Shown in pieces: positions 58,291-64,000 of a DNA stretch of 64,000 nucleotides (within the stretch, counting starts at the first letter, position 1; each line of letters begins with the position of its first letter). The stretch is from the sequence record OP617745.1. One strand, written 5' to 3'. The notes under the pieces are model-generated. The model was given only the letters and a program-made list of their open reading frames with translations, was not told the DNA's origin and did no database searches. The position numbers were made by a program, and so were the translations under genes.

Positions 58291-58836
58291 ATGCAAAACC
58301 CACAATCTACTATACAACAGTTATACGATAATCAGGGAATGTTGGATATTCTTATTGCTATTGAAAAATATTTTGAAGATAATGATTTATATGCATATAA
58401 AGATATTCAAAGTGGTGAGATAGTTGAAGGCCCAAATATTGAAAAATACTGGGTAGAAATTGTACTGAAATATTATCGTGAAAATTTTCCAGATCCTGCT
58501 GCATTTAAAATTCTGGAACGTCATGGTACTAAAGTTAAAGTTAAAGGTGATTATGAAATTCGCCCAATTGAACACCCACGTTCCCGTAGAGATATGGAGC
58601 AAGTTCCTGCACAAAATGGTACTGTTTCTATGCCTAAAGAAGAACGAGTACCAGTACTTTTAGTTAGAGTTCAAATTCCACGAAGTGTTATTAATCCAGA
58701 AAGCTTTGATGAATACAAACTAAGTATTGCTGAATTAAATAAATCTCAAATTCAGGATGTATCAGAATTTGAATCTGATGTGGAACAAGATGCTCCTGTG
58801 TCAGATGATGAGCAATCAAATGCTGGGGGGATGTAA
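58291..58836 (+). CDS. Hypothetical protein
   Basis: 181-aa ORF. Confidence 0.7.
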   Translation: MQNPQSTIQQLYDNQGMLDILIAIEKYFEDNDLYAYKDIQSGEIVEGPNIEKYWVEIVLKYYRENFPDPAAFKILERHGTKVKVKGDYEIRPIEHPRSRRDMEQVPAQNGTVSMPKEERVPVLLVRVQIPRSVINPESFDEYKLSIAELNKSQIQDVSEFESDVEQDAPVSDDEQSNAGGM

Positions 58837-59513
58837 TGAAAGAACAACTAAATGAACAAGGACTGCGACCAAATATTCTTCATGATTTGGTATATCCGAT
58901 TATTAGTATAGATGAATATGAACCTAAAATTAATCAAGATAATATAGTGGTTATGTTTCAGGTATTGAATAATTATGATGCAGCATATGATTTATCTTCT
59001 TTTATAGAGAAGACAAGCAAAAATGCCATTGATACTGAAGCAGCGGAAACTCCTAATCTTGATGGTCGTTATACTGTATTTGTCGAGATGCCGAGAAATG
59101 TTGAATTTCCAGAAGCATTATATGATATGATCGTCAATATTCAAAATCTGTGTCCAGATCCTAGTTGGAAATTACAGTTATATGGGGTTAATGATCCAAT
59201 TGATTTGGATGTAAAGGAAATCACCAAACTGATTAATTTGAGTTCACCTGAGAGTATTAAAGAATTTTTAGATGTAGAAGACGTAAAAATACTAAATGAG
59301 GGTGTTTTACAAATTTCAGTACACAATAAGGATTTGTATTATAGTACTGCATCTGCATTTGGTTCGGAAGATTATGTAAAAAAACTTCTTTCCGAGAATG
59401 TTGATATTGATAACACACCTTTATCTAATTATCTGAGTACTGATTTTACTGTTGTTAGAAGTAATGACAAGTACATTGTTGAAAAGAATGGGAAATATTT
59501 AATACTTAAATAG
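58836..59513 (+). CDS. Hypothetical, probably head-associated protein
   Basis: 225 aa with LNEQ, LNEG and LSEN motifs. Confidence 0.6.
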   Translation: MKEQLNEQGLRPNILHDLVYPIISIDEYEPKINQDNIVVMFQVLNNYDAAYDLSSFIEKTSKNAIDTEAAETPNLDGRYTVFVEMPRNVEFPEALYDMIVNIQNLCPDPSWKLQLYGVNDPIDLDVKEITKLINLSSPESIKEFLDVEDVKILNEGVLQISVHNKDLYYSTASAFGSEDYVKKLLSENVDIDNTPLSNYLSTDFTVVRSNDKYIVEKNGKYLILK

Positions 59514-59524
59514 GGATTTATTGT

Positions 59525-60340
59525 ATGAGAGTATTGAAATATGTACAAGCATTACACCAGAATACTAAAATTGATGAATTCAAAAAAGAAAACGTCAAGA
59601 AACATGACAACAAAGATATAGCTATTAGGATGTATCTTCGTCGATTTGAGGTTAATCGAATTGGAAAAAATTGGAGTGGTGAAGTAAGAGAAGATTTGGA
59701 TACTGATGCAATACTAAAATCATATCTAGCCCGAAAAATTTACATCAACGAAAAGAGAATTTATATAGATCACTATCGTGAAATGGAAGAAAAGTTCACC
59801 GCTGGGTTATGGAAAATCTGGAGTATTGAACAATTTGGACACGAAGTACCTGAATTGAATGTACCAACTACATTCGAAGAATTATATAATATTTTAGTTA
59901 ACAAAAATATTCATGATAAATTTTCTTTGAAAGATACTATAGATTTAGCATTGACACACAGTATGCTACATGGATACAATGGTTTCTTCGAAACGTTTGA
60001 TGAATTCGATTTACTATGTGCACTACCAGGAGAGAAAAGTTGGACTTTGAGTCAAACATTTTCACAAAAAAGCGATAACCGAAAACTGAGTCCACAACGC
60101 TGTATTCAAGTTGCTATTGCTATGTATAAACTGGACTATCTGAATTGTTCAGAACCATATCCACACTTCTGGAAGCAAAAAGCAATGGAATGTATGAACT
60201 ATGCTTTGTGTAATATGGAAAAAAGTTATGAAATAAAATTCAGGAACGCAACTGTATACGACAATCCTGAAATTTGTGAGAACCCAGACAGATACCCTCC
60301 ACCAAAACCAATAGCTGAATACATCAAAAAAAGGACGTGA
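59525..60340 (+). CDS. Hypothetical protein
   Basis: 271-aa ORF. Confidence 0.65.
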   Translation: MRVLKYVQALHQNTKIDEFKKENVKKHDNKDIAIRMYLRRFEVNRIGKNWSGEVREDLDTDAILKSYLARKIYINEKRIYIDHYREMEEKFTAGLWKIWSIEQFGHEVPELNVPTTFEELYNILVNKNIHDKFSLKDTIDLALTHSMLHGYNGFFETFDEFDLLCALPGEKSWTLSQTFSQKSDNRKLSPQRCIQVAIAMYKLDYLNCSEPYPHFWKQKAMECMNYALCNMEKSYEIKFRNATVYDNPEICENPDRYPPPKPIAEYIKKRT

Positions 60341-60354
60341 AAACGTCCTTTTTT
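60326..60354 (+). terminator. Intrinsic terminator
   Basis: AAAAAAAGGACGT-GAAA-ACGTCCTTTTTT. Confidence 0.8.
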
Positions 60355-60356
60355 AT

Positions 60357-60385
60357 TTGACAAATCATTTCAAAAGAGTTATAGT
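60357..60385 (+). promoter_or_regulatory. Sigma70-type promoter TTGACA-N17-TATAGT
   Basis: Canonical -35 box, near-consensus -10 box and 17-nt spacing. Confidence 0.7.
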
Positions 60386-60423
60386 ACTGAAAATGTTTAA
60401 TTGAATAGGACGGATAAACCCAA

Positions 60424-61539
60424 ATGAAAGGTAAATTTTTCTTCAAAGAAAAAGGTAAAGAAATCGAAATCCAGGAGTTTGATTTCGAATACGTTCTTAA
60501 TTCTTTGTGTAAAGAATATAATCGCCATTCCAACAAAGAGTATTGCTATACTGTGATTGTTAGTAGAACTTATAATTCTCTTGGGGAACCAGTTTTTGAT
60601 GTTCGCACATTAAATTTAAAAGAAATTTATTACGACAATGTTCGTTTGTGTGTATACGATCTCATGATGGACAAAATTGCATTTCGCCGTCCAGAAATCA
60701 AAAACTTACCAGTTCCTGCATTACAGAAAGAATACCAGGAATGGAAAGAAGGTAAAGTTAAAAAATCGAGTACGCCAGTTGTTGTCGATATTCCTTTTAA
60801 AGAACTAAAACGTACTGAAATCTCCAGTAACGATCATCGTATTCCAGATATTATGTCACAATTTAATGTGGATAGTTCTAAAGCATTAAAAGTACTGGAC
60901 TGGATTGTTAATCTTCCAGTATGTACACAAGAAGTGACAATTAAAGTTCAAAACATCAGTACAAGACAACTGGAACTCAATGATGCATTACAACAACACA
61001 GTGAATATATTCATAAACTAATGAATAACTTAACATCTGCGTTAGAAACATTATTTCCATTAAAGCCAACATTTACTCAGAAGTTATTTGGTAAACAACC
61101 AGTTATTAAAATAGAACAATCTGATTTAAAAAATGTGATGGATACATTGAAGAAAGCAGTACAGTATGACACCACTAAGTTTAATGGTATTGATACTATG
61201 TTTTCTTCTTTAATTAGTGATATTCGTGCAATGCAGGATGAATTTGGTACAGCAGAAAATGCATGTGATTTTGCTATCAGTACATTAGAAGATAACTTTG
61301 AATTTGAATTAATGAAAAATCGCATTCTGAAAATGTCGATTACTAATACATCATCAGAAGCTGCACTAATTGGGTTCAATAAGAAATACAGAATAGATGT
61401 GGATCAAATGGTTGATATTCAAACAACAACGATTCCATGGATTATCATGCGTTTGCAGAATCAGGTAGGACAAACTGTTGATTCTGAAACAGTTGATATT
61501 CTTAAAAATTTGGCATACGGTAAAAAAGATGACAAATAA
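60424..61539 (+). CDS. Hypothetical protein; C-terminal helical part possibly TelA-like
   Basis: Coiled-coil pattern and TQKLFG segment resemble the downstream TelA-like protein. Confidence 0.45.
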   Translation: MKGKFFFKEKGKEIEIQEFDFEYVLNSLCKEYNRHSNKEYCYTVIVSRTYNSLGEPVFDVRTLNLKEIYYDNVRLCVYDLMMDKIAFRRPEIKNLPVPALQKEYQEWKEGKVKKSSTPVVVDIPFKELKRTEISSNDHRIPDIMSQFNVDSSKALKVLDWIVNLPVCTQEVTIKVQNISTRQLELNDALQQHSEYIHKLMNNLTSALETLFPLKPTFTQKLFGKQPVIKIEQSDLKNVMDTLKKAVQYDTTKFNGIDTMFSSLISDIRAMQDEFGTAENACDFAISTLEDNFEFELMKNRILKMSITNTSSEAALIGFNKKYRIDVDQMVDIQTTTIPWIIMRLQNQVGQTVDSETVDILKNLAYGKKDDK

Positions 61540-61542
61540 CGG

Positions 61543-61598
61543 TTGACACAGTAACAGAGTGCTGTATAATCTTTTATATCGAAACAACATACAGCACT
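61543..61598 (+). promoter_or_regulatory. Sigma70 promoter TTGACA-N16-TATAAT overlapped by a 10-bp inverted repeat
   Basis: -35 at 61543 and -10 at 61565; AGTGCTGTAT (61558) / ATACAGCACT (61589). Confidence 0.7.
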
Positions 61599-61631
61599 TA
61601 AAACTTTTAATTCACCGAAGGAAACATTACA

Positions 61632-62759
61632 ATGTCCGAGAAAGAAATTAATCCCACTAAAGCAGCCAAGAAAACTAACACTAAAACACGTAAAGCTCTA
61701 GCTATGGATGATTCTATCCTGGAAACTCCAAAAAAGAATCTACCGTCAAATGTTGCTTTGCGTGATACAAAAGGTACTCAACTCGCATTAACTATTGAAA
61801 ACATCAATAGTATTGGTACTGTAACTGGTACTAAAGTTGCTGCATTAAGCAATGACATTCTGACTAAAGTAAATGCAAGTGATACCAGCACTGAATTTGG
61901 TAAATCAGTATCAACTATTCTGAATCTTACTCGTTCAGTTGATATTGAATCACTTGTACAGGATAAAAGTCTTATCGGTTGGTTGCGTTCTAAATTTGTT
62001 GATGTTAAACAAAAAGTAGGCGATCAGTACAAAAATAGTAAAGAACAAATTGATGAAATTCTTGCAACTATGGAACGCGGTATTATCCGCCAACAAGGTG
62101 AGCAGACGTGGCTTGAAAATTCTTATAATGAAAGTAAGAACTATCTCTTTGAATTACGTGATTCACTTGATAATTTGCTTGAAGTAACTGCTGAACAACA
62201 ATCTATTCTTACTGAATACCAGAAAGATGAAAATGTTGATGTATATGTTATTCAAGATCAAAAAGCAATCGTGGATGCATTGGAACGTCAGGTTGATACC
62301 GTCCGTCGACTGATTCTGATGGTGGAAATTAATATTCCACAGATCGCGGCGATGAAGAAAGTTAATCTCAGTACTATCTCAAAATTCCATGATATGAAAA
62401 CTATCATGATTCCGAGTTGGACTACTACTCTTAGTCAGAACTTGATCAGTGACCGTCAGAAAAAAGATCAAGAACTTACTGAATTGTTGGCTAATGAAAC
62501 AAACCGTATGTTGCGTGTGGGAAGTGAAATGGTTGGTAAGAATATGATCGCAGCAGCTAAAGCAGCAGGTCGAGGTGTAGTTGATGTTGAAACTCTTCGT
62601 ATTGCACAGAAAAACATCGTCGATGGTATGACTCAAGTTATTCATGAAGAGAAGAAACTGAAAGAAGAACGTGCTAATGCTGCAATTGAAATGAGTAAAA
62701 TGTCACTTGAGTTAAAAGAAACTCTTCGTGATATTGCAGAGAAATCCGGTAAAATCTAA
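61632..62759 (+). CDS. telA: Toxic anion resistance protein TelA/KlaB-like
   Basis: Long helical protein with SIGT..G...AALSNDIL, GW....., QIDEI and IPSW patterns typical of TelA. Confidence 0.7.
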   Translation: MSEKEINPTKAAKKTNTKTRKALAMDDSILETPKKNLPSNVALRDTKGTQLALTIENINSIGTVTGTKVAALSNDILTKVNASDTSTEFGKSVSTILNLTRSVDIESLVQDKSLIGWLRSKFVDVKQKVGDQYKNSKEQIDEILATMERGIIRQQGEQTWLENSYNESKNYLFELRDSLDNLLEVTAEQQSILTEYQKDENVDVYVIQDQKAIVDALERQVDTVRRLILMVEINIPQIAAMKKVNLSTISKFHDMKTIMIPSWTTTLSQNLISDRQKKDQELTELLANETNRMLRVGSEMVGKNMIAAAKAAGRGVVDVETLRIAQKNIVDGMTQVIHEEKKLKEERANAAIEMSKMSLELKETLRDIAEKSGKI

Positions 62760-62780
62760 TACACAATCATACTCACAGTT

Positions 62781-62810
62781 AAAAAGGTTCCACTTCTGGA
62801 ACCTTTTTTT
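62781..62810 (+). terminator. Intrinsic terminator
   Basis: AAAAAGGTTCCA-CTTC-TGGAACCTTTTTTT. Confidence 0.8.
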
Positions 62811-62827
62811 AATATTGGAGGTTATTA

Positions 62828-63508
62828 ATGACAAAGTTGTTATCACTTGATATTGAATCATTTGGTGTACCTGAACGTTCTGGGTATAATATCGTAGTAC
62901 CAAATTATGCGGTTGTGCTTATCCCAGATAATCCCATGCATTTAATTGAATCTTTTTCGTATGTAAAACTACCATTTCAACCACAAGTGGAAAATGGATT
63001 AAAAGTTGATGCAGGTTCGATGGATTTTTGGTTCAATGAATGTAGGAAGTATTACCCAAATGCACTAAATGAAGTTACAAGTACTTTCAATTTAAAAGAA
63101 CCTGAAGTTTATCAAGTAACAAAATCTTCTAGATTTAAATCCAATGATGTTATTTCTATGTGGAAAGACCTCAGATATAATATCTATGGTGAAGAAGAAT
63201 CGTTGGAAATTTGGGGCAATGGTTGTAACTTTGATTGTAGTATTTTACAAGCAAATCATTTACTTCAATTCAATAAAGGTGACTTGTGGAATTATGCTTC
63301 ACCACAAAACGCCCGTTCTTTAAAACGATTGTTAAGTGCTGAAGAGCGTGAAGAAATGGATGAAATTGTTAAAAAACAGTTATTAAAATTCACTGACTTT
63401 GCAGCAGGGCATGGTTTTAACGCACTGGAACTGCATCACCCATTATATGATGCGGCACGAGAAGCCATTCAGATTTCTTATTGCTTGAATAAAAAATCAT
63501 CAAAATAA
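62828..63508 (+). CDS. DEDD 3'-5' exonuclease (DexA-like)
   Basis: SLDIES, IWGNGCNFD and HHPLYDA motifs. Confidence 0.78.
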   Translation: MTKLLSLDIESFGVPERSGYNIVVPNYAVVLIPDNPMHLIESFSYVKLPFQPQVENGLKVDAGSMDFWFNECRKYYPNALNEVTSTFNLKEPEVYQVTKSSRFKSNDVISMWKDLRYNIYGEEESLEIWGNGCNFDCSILQANHLLQFNKGDLWNYASPQNARSLKRLLSAEEREEMDEIVKKQLLKFTDFAAGHGFNALELHHPLYDAAREAIQISYCLNKKSSK

Positions 63509-63573
63509 AAGTTGAAAAAATTTTGAATACAGGATATACTAGTTATATCCTTTTTAATTTAAGAGATGATCAA

Positions 63574-64000
63574 ATGTTAAGTTATGTCATTTTGTTACTA
63601 CCTGCACTTATTGTTATGTTTGTGATGAAATACATTTATAACAAAGAAATTAGTACCAAAGAATTTTTGATTCATGGGGCTATTTGTATTATTAGTGCAA
63701 CTGTTGTATTGGCACTTTCTTATGCAATAAATTACGCTTCATTGACTGATACCCAGATTTTAAATGGTAAAGTACTAAGTAAGAACAAACACGTTGAGAC
63801 TTGTACTCAATATAGCTCGTGTGAGCATTATTATGTAAAAGAAAAATGTCATTATTACACAGATAGTAAAGGAAAACGTCACAAAAGTTGTGAAACATAT
63901 AAAGTGTTTGATTATCCGTATGAAGTTGACTGGTATGTCAATACCAGTGTGGGTGACTTCAAAATTAAACGAGTCAACCGACAAGGTACTACAACACCAA
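63574..64000 (+). CDS. Membrane protein, partial (runs off the window end)
   Basis: Open frame MLSYVILLLPALIV...DTQILNGKV...CEHYY... with two transmembrane segments and no stop. Not in the ORF track. Confidence 0.75.
   Translation, partial: MLSYVILLLPALIVMFVMKYIYNKEISTKEFLIHGAICIISATVVLALSYAINYASLTDTQILNGKVLSKNKHVETCTQYSSCEHYYVKEKCHYYTDSKGKRHKSCETYKVFDYPYEVDWYVNTSVGDFKIKRVNRQGTTTP

Noticed and set aside
61562-61594. LexA box (CTGT...ACAG) at the telA promoter
   Set aside because: The half-sites are 25 nt apart rather than 8.

Overview
AT-rich DNA from a large T4-related (jumbo) myophage. By gene content and order it resembles the RaK2/PBECO4/GAP32-like enterobacterial jumbo phages (inference from recall; no search was run). 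The window holds the core replication, recombination and nucleotide-metabolism genes (RNase H, SSB, UvsX/Y/W, primase, helicase, clamp loader, topoisomerase II, NrdAB, DHFR, Dda), the terminase, many probable head/structural proteins, IF3, GroES and TelA-like genes, and eight predicted homing-endonuclease domains. The standout locus is nrdA (30877-36407). It is interrupted by a group I intron and by two naturally split inteins, each split by a free-standing endonuclease gene. A 771-aa ribonucleotide reductase would therefore be assembled from three polypeptides by one RNA-splicing and two protein trans-splicing events. Other signals: a class 3 (Leu1, WCT) intein in TerL, a degenerate TerL-ATPase paralogue, a two-gene minimal DnaE, Mom-like GNAT domains (one free, three fused to nucleases), strong GTAC enrichment, a TGAAC-type promoter class, and hairpins with the late-promoter motif in the loop. 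I saw no tRNA, rRNA or CRISPR array. All family assignments come from reading motifs by eye.
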